Shown piece after piece: positions 43,716 to 53,080 of a stretch of 64,000 nt of DNA. The notes beneath the pieces are model-generated. The model did not search any database and had not been told where the DNA came from. It worked only from the letters and a program-made list of their open reading frames with translations. The stretch lies in NCBI GenBank assembly GCA_963737265.1, contig CAVTRY010000013.1:515544-579543 (forward strand), written 5' to 3'. The position numbers and the translations under genes were made by a program. Source of the stretch: an uncultured delta proteobacterium. GTDB taxonomy: Bacteria; Myxococcota_A; Polyangia; Fen-1088. The stretch's first letter is position 1, and each line of letters begins with the position of its first letter.

Positions 43716-44705
43716 TTAGAATGCGGCAGCCAGACCAAATGGTGTGATGTGAACGGCGGTGTTCTGCCCAGTGTTCTGGCCATCGTCGCGCCCGAGCCAA
43801 TAGGTGACGCCGGCGGTGACTGCCAGCGCAGCGGCGGCGATGCCGCACCCGATGGCGATGTTGCTCGCGCTTTGCGTGTCGGATCTGGCGGAGTCGCGTT
43901 TCTGGGCCACGCTCGGATCTCCGGTGTTGTACTTCTGGAAGTCCGAGTAGTGACCGCTGGCAATCATCCAAAAGGCGCCAGCCGTTGCCCCCGCTGCGAG
44001 TGCGCCCGCAAGCGTCGACCACGTGACGATCCGCAAAGCGCGGGTCCTAGGATTCGGCTCTTGGCTGACCGGAGAGGAAAGGTCGGGAGTCGGCGCGACG
44101 GTCACCGGTGGTGACTGCATCGGGGTTGCGGTCGGCGCCGGCGTCGGGCTCGGCTCTACTTCGAGGCTGAGCAACTCCAACTGCTCCTTCCCTGAAACCA
44201 GCTGTACCGCTCGGCGCTCCCTTCGATAGCCAGACCGGGTCGCCTCGATCACGTGTTGGCCCGGCGAGAGGACCAAGGGCCCGCGCACAAGACCAGCCCC
44301 CGTATCCTTTCCATCTACAGCGAGGCGGGCATCGACGGGCTCGACCTGAACAGTCAGTCGAGCGACGAGCGAGCGAATCTCCGCTTCCCGTCTTGCCGTC
44401 GCCGATTTTATCTCCGGCTTGAGCACCTTGCCGAAATCGTGGTTGAGGCGTTCAAGGGTCGTCAGCGCGTCCCCGTAGCGCTGCATCGCTTGGTAGCAGT
44501 TGGCCAGATTGAACAGGCTGTTTTGCGTCGCAAACAGAGCCGTCGATCGTTCGAAATTGGCGGCGGCGGCCACGAAATCGTCCAGCTTCATCAGTTTCAG
44601 TCCTGACTCGAACAGCTGTTTGGCTTCGTCTTTCTCGCTGGCCACGGCCGGAAGGGCCAGGCACAGGGCAAGCGTCAACAAGGGGAACTCTAGTCTCATT
44701 TTCAT
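43716..44705 (-). CDS. TPR + PEGA domain membrane protein
   Basis: Signal peptide, EAKQLFESG...LFNLANCY TPR, VEPVDARLAVDG...PGQHVIEATRSGY PEGA, C-terminal TM helices. Confidence 0.85.
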   Translation of the reverse strand: MKMRLEFPLLTLALCLALPAVASEKDEAKQLFESGLKLMKLDDFVAAAANFERSTALFATQNSLFNLANCYQAMQRYGDALTTLERLNHDFGKVLKPEIKSATARREAEIRSLVARLTVQVEPVDARLAVDGKDTGAGLVRGPLVLSPGQHVIEATRSGYRRERRAVQLVSGKEQLELLSLEVEPSPTPAPTATPMQSPPVTVAPTPDLSSPVSQEPNPRTRALRIVTWSTLAGALAAGATAGAFWMIASGHYSDFQKYNTGDPSVAQKRDSARSDTQSASNIAIGCGIAAAALAVTAGVTYWLGRDDGQNTGQNTAVHITPFGLAAAF

Positions 44706-44741
44706 GGTTTACTGCCTATTTGAGGAATCGGACCTTGTTAC

Positions 44742-46184
44742 CTATTCGAACTGCTCGGACATCTCGGTTCCCCGTCCGCCACGCCGCAAGCGCTTGCCGC
44801 CGGCATTCGATTTCTTGCCACGCGTGGGCGGTTCGGGAGCAGACTGCGCGGCTTGTGCGGGCCTGGGTTCGGCAGGCACGGCCACGACCTGCGATGGGGC
44901 GGGATCGACAATTGGCGGGGCTGCTTGGGGCGTGGGGTGCGCGGGAATCGCGGGCTCGGCCAGCGTCTTGCCTTGCGGGCTAGTGGGGAGAGGACTTGGC
45001 GACGTTCCTTTCCGCACCCAAAGGGCAGCACCGACTAGTATAAGCACGGCTGCCAGGATGGCGCCCGCGACGACGAGGCGCCTCGAACCACGAGGTGCCT
45101 CGTCCACTTCCTTCTCGAGTGCCTGGCTCTGGGCCTGGAATGCCCGCCTCGCGCGTGTGGCAGCAGCGAAGGTGCGGCTGCCCACCCTTGCCGAAGTCAA
45201 TTCGTTGGGGCCCAAATCGCCCGCGGCAAAGGTGCTCTTGCCCATGCTGGAACTGAGAAAGGCCAAGCGTTCGCCGCGCTTCTCGAAACCGGATAGCGTC
45301 TTGAGGGCTTCCAGCATCTCCACTGCACTCTGGAAGCGCTCGTCGGGCTTCTTACGAAGGGCTTTGCGTAGGATGGGCTCGGCCTCGACGGGAAACGCCG
45401 GGTAGACCTCGCGTGGCGACCGCGGCTCCTCGGTCAAGAGCTTGGCGAAGAACTCGGTGAAGTTTTTCCCCGAGTAGGGCAGCCCGCCGGTGAGAATCTC
45501 GAATAGGATCGTGCCGATCGAGTAGAGATCCGTACGATGATCGATATCGGAGGCACCGCACGCCTGCTCGGGAGACATGTACGCGGGGGTGCCAAGGATC
45601 GAGCCGGTTTGGATGCACGACACGTCTGGCGAGCTCGTCGTGATCTTTGAAAGCCCAAAGTCGATGATTTTCACGACCGGAGGCTCGTCGGATTGATGGG
45701 CAAGGAAGATGTTGTCGGGCTTGAGATCGCGATGGATGATCCCTTGGCGATTGGCGGCGGCAAGGGCCAATAGGGTGGGCTCCAGCACCGCGCAGGCGGC
45801 GCCCACGTCCATCGGCCCCGAGCGCTTCATTAGGCTGCCCAGGCTCTCCCCCTCGAGGTATTCCATAACCAGGAACGGATCGCCACCGGCCGAGAGTCCG
45901 ACGTCATAGACCTCGATGATGTTCTTGTGCCGAATCGAGGCCGCGACTCTGGCTTCTTGGTCAAAGCGCTTGACCACCTCGTCCTGCCCCGCAAGTTCGA
46001 GGTGCAGGAACTTCACGGCAACCCGCTTGTTCAACCCGACGTGTTCCGCCAGGTGCACCGACCCCATGCCACCTTCGCCGAGGAGCCGGATGATGCGGTA
46101 ACGCTTGTCCAGAAGCAGGGCCGACTCATCCTCCTGCGCGAGCGCCCGTACGGCGCCGGTCTTGCTTCTCGACTTGTATTTCAT
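44742..46184 (-). CDS. Hanks-type Ser/Thr protein kinase with TM helix
   Basis: LGEGGMGSV, VAVK, HRDLKPDN, DFG, GTPAYMSPEQ. Confidence 0.95.
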   Translation of the reverse strand: MKYKSRSKTGAVRALAQEDESALLLDKRYRIIRLLGEGGMGSVHLAEHVGLNKRVAVKFLHLELAGQDEVVKRFDQEARVAASIRHKNIIEVYDVGLSAGGDPFLVMEYLEGESLGSLMKRSGPMDVGAACAVLEPTLLALAAANRQGIIHRDLKPDNIFLAHQSDEPPVVKIIDFGLSKITTSSPDVSCIQTGSILGTPAYMSPEQACGASDIDHRTDLYSIGTILFEILTGGLPYSGKNFTEFFAKLLTEEPRSPREVYPAFPVEAEPILRKALRKKPDERFQSAVEMLEALKTLSGFEKRGERLAFLSSSMGKSTFAAGDLGPNELTSARVGSRTFAAATRARRAFQAQSQALEKEVDEAPRGSRRLVVAGAILAAVLILVGAALWVRKGTSPSPLPTSPQGKTLAEPAIPAHPTPQAAPPIVDPAPSQVVAVPAEPRPAQAAQSAPEPPTRGKKSNAGGKRLRRGGRGTEMSEQFE

Positions 46185-46443
46185 GACAACCGTGGCGGGC
46201 ACACTTTACAGAGTCCTCGCCAGAATCAAAGAACTTCTGGAGACCGCGGTCGGTCAGGCGCACGGGACAGACGGCGCTCTTGCACGAGGGCTCGACGGGA
46301 ATGCATAGGCGGAATGCATAGGCGAATCGAATGGGGTATTTCCGGTCCGAGAACCCAGACCTCCTCGGACCACCACACCCTCGCGCGCACCTGGATAGCA
46401 TGGCGGAGCGGGTTTGGCCGGCGGGATTCGCGTGGCGAAAGGT

Positions 46444-46951
46444 CTATCTTGACTGCGGCCATCTTTCACGAGGCTTCGCACACTTGGAATGCGAAGACTG
46501 CCACTCGCGTCTTCTGGTGGCCCGGCGCGGGATCATCGAGGCCGGCGATGACCTGACCGTCCTCGATGACGGCTTTGCAGAGCGAGAGCCGGCGCTCGCG
46601 CAACTGGCCGCCGCCGCCGTCGCCGGTCTGGCCATCCCTGCGGGACCTAGGGCCTGCACGCCCTGCCCCTGCCCCACGCGGCTTCGCCGCGCCCGTCGCC
46701 CGCCAGACCCGAGTTGCGCCGCCGCCCCGCCCCCGTGGCTCTGCGCGGACATCCCGGCGTCGAGATCACCGCGCCCCTATCGGTCACCGAGATGGGCTTC
46801 TCCCTGCACGCTGCCACTCGTGCCGGCGCCGACGATGCCCGTGCTCGTGAGGCTTTGTGCAAGTACATTCTTCGCCCGCCGTTAAGCCAGGAGCGCCTGC
46901 ACCTCTTGCCCGATGGCCTCGTCCGCATCGAGTTGCGCAAGCCCTACCGTG
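46444..46951 (+). mobile_element. Near-identical copy of the IS91-like fragment at 34195-34702
   Basis: 508 bp; three substitutions seen by eye; shares the same internal deletion. Confidence 0.85.
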
Positions 46952-47229
46952 TGTTCATATATGCATGGCACAAAGACCGCGCCTGGGGAGGATCCGGTCG
47001 AACGGCGGATTCCCGACCGCGCTGAGTGCGATCGCCCCGTACACTCATGGCGAAGGAAATCGGGGACGTATACAGAGGTAGAGCCGCTGGTAGAGCCGCC
47101 CTCGCCCAGGTCGCACAGTATAGTATTCCAGCCCATGGATTGCAAGCGCAGACGCATCGCGTCAGGTGTTCCGCACGGCGCAGGATGCAAAGGGCGGACA
47201 TTACGCCCGGCATCCGCTACGCTCCTGCC

Positions 47230-47507
47230 ACGCGTAAGGGAAACAAGCGGGAGACGCGTAAGGGAAACAAGCGGGGGCCAGGGTTCGAAAACCGGGTGAG
47301 AAGGGCGTGGACGGGGTTGCCAGCCCGGGGAGGGAGCCCAAGAAGGAGGGGACGAGGACAGGGTTTTGGTCACCTTGGGCGGCAGCATAAAGCGGCAATG
47401 GCGTCTTCGGGCAGACGGCGGCCCGGGCGGCGCGGTCTACGGGCTGCTTGGGCTAGGCGTGGAACATATCGGTCTGAGCATGGGGCTTGCGGCGCAGCTC
47501 GACGCGT
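47230..47507 (-). mobile_element. Mini IS91/ISCR-like terminal fragment
   Basis: Near-identical to the ends at 48748 and 53081; carries only the last codons (ELRRKPHAQTDMFHA); ACGCGT on both sides. Confidence 0.8.
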
Positions 47508-47564
47508 GCCCCGGAAAAGTTGCTCGAAAAGCACCCACGGAAAGGGTCGATGGCAAGGCAGCGG

Positions 47565-47760
47565 CATAAGACGCGCGAGTGGCACCATCCCGCACCGACG
47601 GCATGTCGCTCTGGCCTGCGCGACCGCGGTTGCGCCTTCCCCGGCTGCACCCACAACCGATTTCAGCACGGCCACCACATCCAGCACTGGCTGCTTGCAC
47701 CAATGGTCCGAGGATCGCGGCTAGACCTCGGTGCGGATGCCAAGATGCCGCTTTGGCACC
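47565..47760 (+). pseudogene. Degenerate DUF222/HNH endonuclease 3' remnant
   Basis: LRDRGCAFPGCTHNRFQHGHHIQHW. Confidence 0.65.
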
Positions 47761-47817
47761 AGGGACATGCTCGGTTCAAGCAGAAGCTCCCCGTCCGGGC
47801 CGTGCTATCCTATCGGC

Positions 47818-48024
47818 ATGGCGCACGCACTGCGAGCAACCGTGAGAGCCGGACACCTTGTGGTCGATGAGCCGGTAGATCTGCCGGAGGGGACAGTCGT
47901 TGACCTTGTGCCCGTTCCCCAGACTGTCCACCCGCGACCCAAGTTCGGCAGCGCGCGCGGACGTGTGCAGATGGCGGCTGACTTCGATGCCCCCCTCGAA
48001 GACTTCGCGGACTACGTCCCGTGA
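47818..48024 (+). CDS. Antitoxin (VapB-like)
   Basis: PVDLPEGTVV...RPKFGSARG...DFDAPLEDF; GTGA overlap with the PIN gene. Confidence 0.75.
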   Translation: MAHALRATVRAGHLVVDEPVDLPEGTVVDLVPVPQTVHPRPKFGSARGRVQMAADFDAPLEDFADYVP

Positions 48025-48413
48025 GGATCCTGCTCGATACGCACGCCTTCCTATGGCTCATCGCTGGCGATGCGAACCTTAGCCCCAAGGCCCGCGACAT
48101 CATCGAGGCACCCGACAACGACCCCTTGTTGAGCGCAGCAAGCCTTTGGGAGATGGCCATCAAGGTCAGTCTGGGCAAGTTGACGTTGAGTTTCGAAGAG
48201 CCATTCGCGGAAGCAATCGGTAACCAACTACGCGTGAACGGGGTCACCGTGCTGCCGCTTGATATCACCCACGTCGGTCAAGTAGCAGTCATGCCCTTCC
48301 ACCACCGCGATCCCTTCGACCGTCTGATCGTCGCGCAAGCCCTGGTTGAAAGTCTTCCCATCATCGGCCGAGACCAAGCTTTCGACAGCTACGGCGTGCA
48401 GCGGATCTGGTGA
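48021..48413 (+). CDS. vapC: VapC/PIN toxin
   Basis: LLDTHAFLW, SLWEMAIK, HRDPFDRLIVAQA, D..F. Confidence 0.92.
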   Translation: MRILLDTHAFLWLIAGDANLSPKARDIIEAPDNDPLLSAASLWEMAIKVSLGKLTLSFEEPFAEAIGNQLRVNGVTVLPLDITHVGQVAVMPFHHRDPFDRLIVAQALVESLPIIGRDQAFDSYGVQRIW

Positions 48414-48438
48414 CGACGCCAAAGGATCACCGGCGGAA

Positions 48439-48747
48439 CCGGCTGCACACACAACCGATTTCTGCACGGCCACCACATCCAGCACTGGCTGCACGGAGGC
48501 GTTACCAGCTTGGACAACCTTTCATTGCTGTGCTCGCATCACCACCACCAGGTCCACGAAGGCGGTTGGTCCGTCGAGCGAACCGCAGACGGGGATTTGT
48601 GCTTTCGCGCGCCCAACGGGCACGAAGTACCTGCCGTGCCTGCGCGCGAGGTCAGCGAAGATGCGCTCGTGTTCTTGCAAGAATGGGCCGAGGATCGCGG
48701 GCTGGACCTCGGGGCGGATACCAACATGCCGCTTTGGGATGGGACGC
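48439..48747 (+). pseudogene. Second DUF222/HNH endonuclease 3' remnant
   Basis: GCTHNRFLHGHHIQHWLHGGVTSLDNLSLLCSHHHHQVHEGGW. Confidence 0.75.
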
Positions 48748-49510
48748 ACGCGTAAGGGAAACAAGCGGGGGCCAGGGTTCGAAAACCGGGTGAGAAGGGC
48801 CTGGACCGGGTTGCCAGCCCGGGGAGGGAGCCCAAGAAGCCCGGGGAGGGAGCCCAAGAAGGAGGGGACGAGGACAGGGTTTTGGTCACCTTGGGCGGCA
48901 GCATAAAGCGGCAATGGCGTCTTCGGGCAGACGGCGGCCCGGGCGGCGCGGTCTACGGGCTGCTTGGGCTAGGCGTGGAACATATCGGTCTGAGCATGGG
49001 GCTTGCGGCGCAGCTCGCGAACCTTCCAGTAGGGCGGCGCCCTCGCCGGGGCCAGGGGTGGTGGCTCGGTCGGCTCTCCCAGGTGGCGCAGGAACCTGGC
49101 GATGTTCTCGGGCTCCTGCACCAGCGATTTGAGCTTCATCTTGCCCCCGCACTTCGGGCAACGGTCGATGTCTTCCTTGAAGGTTTTCTTGGCGAGGATG
49201 GCCCACGGGATGTAGGCGCAGCGATGGGTAGGGGGGGTGCTTGCGGGTTTGGCGGCATCGCCCTGGGGCGGAGGCGGGGGTAGCGGCACGATCAGAGGGC
49301 GGAGCTTAGCGGCGGGGGCGAGAACACCGGAGTAGCGCACCCCATGCAACCTTGGCGGAGGAATCGTGGTGGCAAGACGGCAAAGCAACGAGAGCGGATC
49401 CATGTCGACGGCGTAGGTGCCGTCTCGGAAAGGCTTGCGGAGTGAAGTGGACCCCAAAAATGGGACCAGGAGCTAAGGTGTAGTCCGCCTCAACAACGAG
49501 GCAGGACACG

Positions 49511-49804
49511 ATGAAAACGAACCGCCAAAAGCACACAGCACTCTTCAAGGCGCAGGTAGCTCTCGAAGCCATGCGGGAGCAGGCAACGGTTGTGGAGATC
49601 GGGCGCCGATACAAGATCAACCCGAACCTGGTTCACAAGTGGAAGAAGGAAGCCGTCACACGGCTGGCCATGGTTTTCGAACCAGGCCATGCAAATGCAG
49701 AGGAATCGGCGAACGCCGAACGCGAATCGGAATTGCTGCGCAAGGTGGGGCAGCTGACGCTGGAGAATGATTTTTTAGCACGCGGGCTCGCGCGCATTCG
49801 CTGA
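49511..49804 (+). CDS. IS3 OrfA (HTH)
   Basis: FKAQVALEA...WKK; T-run slippery site near 49770. Confidence 0.88.
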   Translation: MKTNRQKHTALFKAQVALEAMREQATVVEIGRRYKINPNLVHKWKKEAVTRLAMVFEPGHANAEESANAERESELLRKVGQLTLENDFLARGLARIR

Positions 49805-49818
49805 CGGAGAAGCGCGCC

Positions 49819-50655
49819 ATGATCGAGTCCCACAACGACCTATCTGTCCGTCGGCAGTGCGAGCTGCTGAATCTTGCGAGATCGGGCATCTACTGGGAGC
49901 CGATGCCGATGGCAGAGGAAGATCTGGCCATCTGCAAGGAGCTGGACAAGCTGCATCTTGAATTGCCAGCATTCGGCAGCCGGAAGCTGTCACGGTTGCT
50001 AAAGGCACAGGGGCAGACGGTGAATCGCAAACGGGTGCAGAGACTGATGCGAATCATGGGCATCGAAGCGCTGGCGCCCAAACCACGGACGACCGTGCCC
50101 GCGCCGGAACATACGAAATTCCCGTACTTGCTGCGCCATCTCGCGATCATTCGGCCCAATCAGGTGTGGGCCTCGGATATCACGTACATCCCGACGAGAC
50201 AGGGGCATTGCTACCTGGTCGCCGTGATGGATTGGTACACGCGCCGGGTTCTGTCCTGGCGCATTTCAAACACGATGGACAGCCGTTTTTGCATCGAGGT
50301 CGTGGAAGAAGCTCTTGCGAACTTCGGCTTGCCGGAGATCTTCAACACCGACCAGGGGTCGCAGTTTACCGACGACAACTTCACATCGGTTTTGCTGGAC
50401 AAGGGCGTAAAGGTCAGCATGGACGGTCGCGGCCGATTCATGGACAACATCTTCGTCGAGCGTCTATGGCGGTCTGTCAAATGCGAGGAGGTCTACTTGA
50501 ACGACTACCGAGACGTGGCCGACGCCCGCAGTGGCATCGCGATCTACCTGGACAAGTACAACCACAGGCGGCCTCACCAAACCCTTGGATTTCAGACACC
50601 CGTAGCGTTTTACGAATTCGAACTAAAGAAGTCGGCGATGAAAGAGGCCGCCTAA
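49819..50655 (+). CDS. IS3 OrfB DDE transposase
   Basis: WASDITYI, FNTDQGSQFT, DNIFVERLWRSVKCE. Confidence 0.92.
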   Translation: MIESHNDLSVRRQCELLNLARSGIYWEPMPMAEEDLAICKELDKLHLELPAFGSRKLSRLLKAQGQTVNRKRVQRLMRIMGIEALAPKPRTTVPAPEHTKFPYLLRHLAIIRPNQVWASDITYIPTRQGHCYLVAVMDWYTRRVLSWRISNTMDSRFCIEVVEEALANFGLPEIFNTDQGSQFTDDNFTSVLLDKGVKVSMDGRGRFMDNIFVERLWRSVKCEEVYLNDYRDVADARSGIAIYLDKYNHRRPHQTLGFQTPVAFYEFELKKSAMKEAA

Positions 50656-51230
50656 ATCGCCGCTGCATCATGCTGATGGCACGCTGCCCACAACTGCAAC
50701 GCGTTCACCTGCTTCTGTGGGGCCGTGCGCGCATTGCATCCGTGGACAGCAGCCATCAGCATGCCTCCGCTCTCAACAATTTCCTTGCCGGCGAGGCTCA
50801 CCCGGATCTACAAACAAACCCACGCGGACTCTCTCTTAGCTCGGGCCATTTCTGGTCCTACCAAAGGGGTCCACTTCAGAGCGTGATGCGGACCAGACCG
50901 TCTGGCAGGAGGCTCAGGCGCTCTTGGGCCAGGGGCGGGCGAAGCACGTACTTGCACAGGGCTTCGCGGCCACGAGCGTCTTCGGCGCCAGCGCGAGTGG
51001 CAGCATGCAGGGAGAACCCGAACTCGGTGACGGAAAGGGGCGCTGTCACTTCGACGCCGGGGTGGCCGCGCAGCATCACGGGTTCGGGGCGGCGGCGCAA
51101 CTCGGGGCCAGCAGGCGGCAGGCCAGACACGGCGGCAGCGGCCAACTGGGCCAGGGCCGGCTCGCGCTCGGCGAAGCCGTCGTCGGCCCTGCGCCTCAAT
51201 CATCTCGAACGTCTCGTTAACGGCAAGGCG

Positions 51231-51422
51231 TTAGCCAGACGGCGGAGGGACTTCGAGGTCACGACAAATTTTGCGGGCAAGGTGGTCGTTGATCTCGGTG
51301 TGACGAGGAACCGTCGAGGTCTTTCGAGCCACCGTATTCATGAAGACGGAGTGGCGCCCTCCCTCGCGCAGGAGAACGCACCCATGACTCTGTAGGTGGT
51401 GGACGAGGTCGCGACGTTTCAA
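51231..51422 (-). CDS. hicA: HicA toxin
   Basis: LREGGRHSVF, VPRHTEI, KICRDL. Confidence 0.9.
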   Translation of the reverse strand: MKRRDLVHHLQSHGCVLLREGGRHSVFMNTVARKTSTVPRHTEINDHLARKICRDLEVPPPSG

Positions 51423-51640
51423 CGGTGGGCCGCCTGGAGCGGTTCTCGGATGTCGGCCTGCCCGGCGTCCTGCTGGGCCATCGTGCGATTGGCCTCAAGC
51501 ACCAACTCGACGGCCTCCAGGAGGCTGTCCCGTGCTTCATCGAGAGTACTTCCCTGGGTGTTTGCTCCAGGCAGTTCCTCGACGTACCCGATGTATCCCT
51601 CGGGGACCTTCCGGAAGACGGCCGTCAATGCGATGTTCAT
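51419..51640 (-). CDS. hicB: HicB antitoxin (short form)
   Basis: ELPGANTQGSTLDEARDSLLEAV; overlaps the hicA start. Confidence 0.9.
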   Translation of the reverse strand: MNIALTAVFRKVPEGYIGYVEELPGANTQGSTLDEARDSLLEAVELVLEANRTMAQQDAGQADIREPLQAAHR

Positions 51641-51667
51641 GGTACGAAGGATAGCGCGCGGGACGAT

Positions 51668-51760
51668 GGCTAACAAGTAGGCGTTTGATCCGGCCGCAGC
51701 CATAGATATTCCCCTGACTGGCTGAATTCGCGCGCGGCCGGATTGAACGTCTGGTTGAGC
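51668..51760 (-). other. attC-like recombination site
   Basis: GCTCAAC-cagac-GTTCAATCCGGCCGC...GCGGCCGGATCAAAC-gcctactt-GTTAGCC. Confidence 0.6.
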
Positions 51761-52023
51761 CAAGCCGCGGGTTCGGGAGGAGAAGTGACTCTTCTGCCCA
51801 TGGGCAAAGCAGGTCGACTTTTCGAGCAGCGGGGCGATCGGGACGATGCTTTTGCTGGGGTCGGAGGTTGTCGACGGTCGCGAGTGAACCGAGAAAACGA
51901 GAATCGTGCGTGCTCGAAGGCGCGGGAAACCCGTCGCCCACGACGAACGCACAGAGGTTTCCATGGCCGTCGGAATGAAGACGACAGCCTGGTTGCAGGC
52001 GACAGCTCCAAGCGAGAGGACAT

Positions 52024-53080
52024 TCATGACGAGTCGAGCGGCGGGGCGCGTGCCGATGGTCGCGTGTCAGCGAGCGGTTGGCTCAACATGGGGCCACCGC
52101 AGCTGGAACAGGTGCCGAGGTCGATGCCGGTGAGCTTCTGAAAGAGAGCACGCCAATCCAGGGCGTCGATTTCTTGAGCCAGGGGCGCTGGCGGCAGTGG
52201 CGCGTTGTGGCTAGGCTGATGATTGCGATTTTCGATAGCAGTGCGGGCGGCAGCAAGGTTGGAATGGACGTTGCTCGCGGCGTACAGGCCGAAGTGTCTG
52301 ATCTTCACGAAGCCGCGAGGCAAGACGTGCAGAAGAAAACGGCGCATGAATTCCAGGATGACGAGCCGACAGAATTTCTTGTCGCGCGTGCGGAAGACGA
52401 CCTCGTTGTCATCGACGTGCAGCAGCCGCTGGTTGGAGATGGCGACCCGGTGGGTGTACAGGCCAAGGTATTGAAAGAGAGCATCGGGGTTTTGGAAGGG
52501 TGCCTTCGCATAGACCACCCAGTTCTTTTCGTAGAGAGCATTCTTGAGGTGGGCGAAGGCGGCGGGCTCGACGAGAGCGGCGACGGCTTTGGGAGGGCGC
52601 AGACCGGGTTTGAGTTTGCCGTCGGCAACCAGGCGATTCAGGCCATCGAGGAATTTCCCGCGAAACAGTTTGCCGAGGACTTTGACCGGAAGCAGATACT
52701 TTTCAGGCGAATCGACCCACGCGCCGTCGGCGCCGAGGCCGCCGCCGGTGACGATGCAATGAAGGTGCGGGTGAAAGATGAGATTGCGTCCCCACGTATG
52801 GACGACGCCGGTGACGCCGACCAGTGCACCGATCCGTTGCGCGTCGTGTGCGAGTGCAAGGATGGTTTCGCTGGCCGCTTTGAACAGCAGGTCGAGAAGC
52901 AAGACCTTGTATTCGCGAACCAGCGGGCGCAATTCGGCGGGCAGGGTGAAGACGACGTGAAAGTGGCGCACGGGCAGTGCGCGCTCCATGCGCGCGGCGA
53001 CCCAGCGGGCTTGTCGCAAAGCCTGGCACTTGGGGCAGTGCCGATTGCGACACGAATTGTAGACCACGCGCGCGTCGCCG
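52024..53080 (-). mobile_element. Canonical IS91-family Y2 transposase, 5'-truncated
   Basis: YNSCRNRHCPKCQ, HVVFTLP, HTWG..HPHLH (HUH), YLGLY (YxxxY), KIRHFG. Confidence 0.92.

Larger units (their letters stand above)
49443..50878 (+). mobile_element. IS3-family insertion sequence, 1436 bp
   Basis: TG...CA ends with TGAAGTGGACCCC inverted repeats; 3-bp TSD GAG. Confidence 0.93.
48748..51185 (-). mobile_element. 5'-truncated IS91/ISCR-like element interrupted by IS3
   Basis: 48748-49442 and 50879-51185 match 53081-54133. Confidence 0.85.

Noticed and set aside
52081-52087. GTTGAGC (minus strand) as the start of an upstream cassette
   Set aside because: It lies inside the IS91 transposase coding sequence with no accompanying palindrome.
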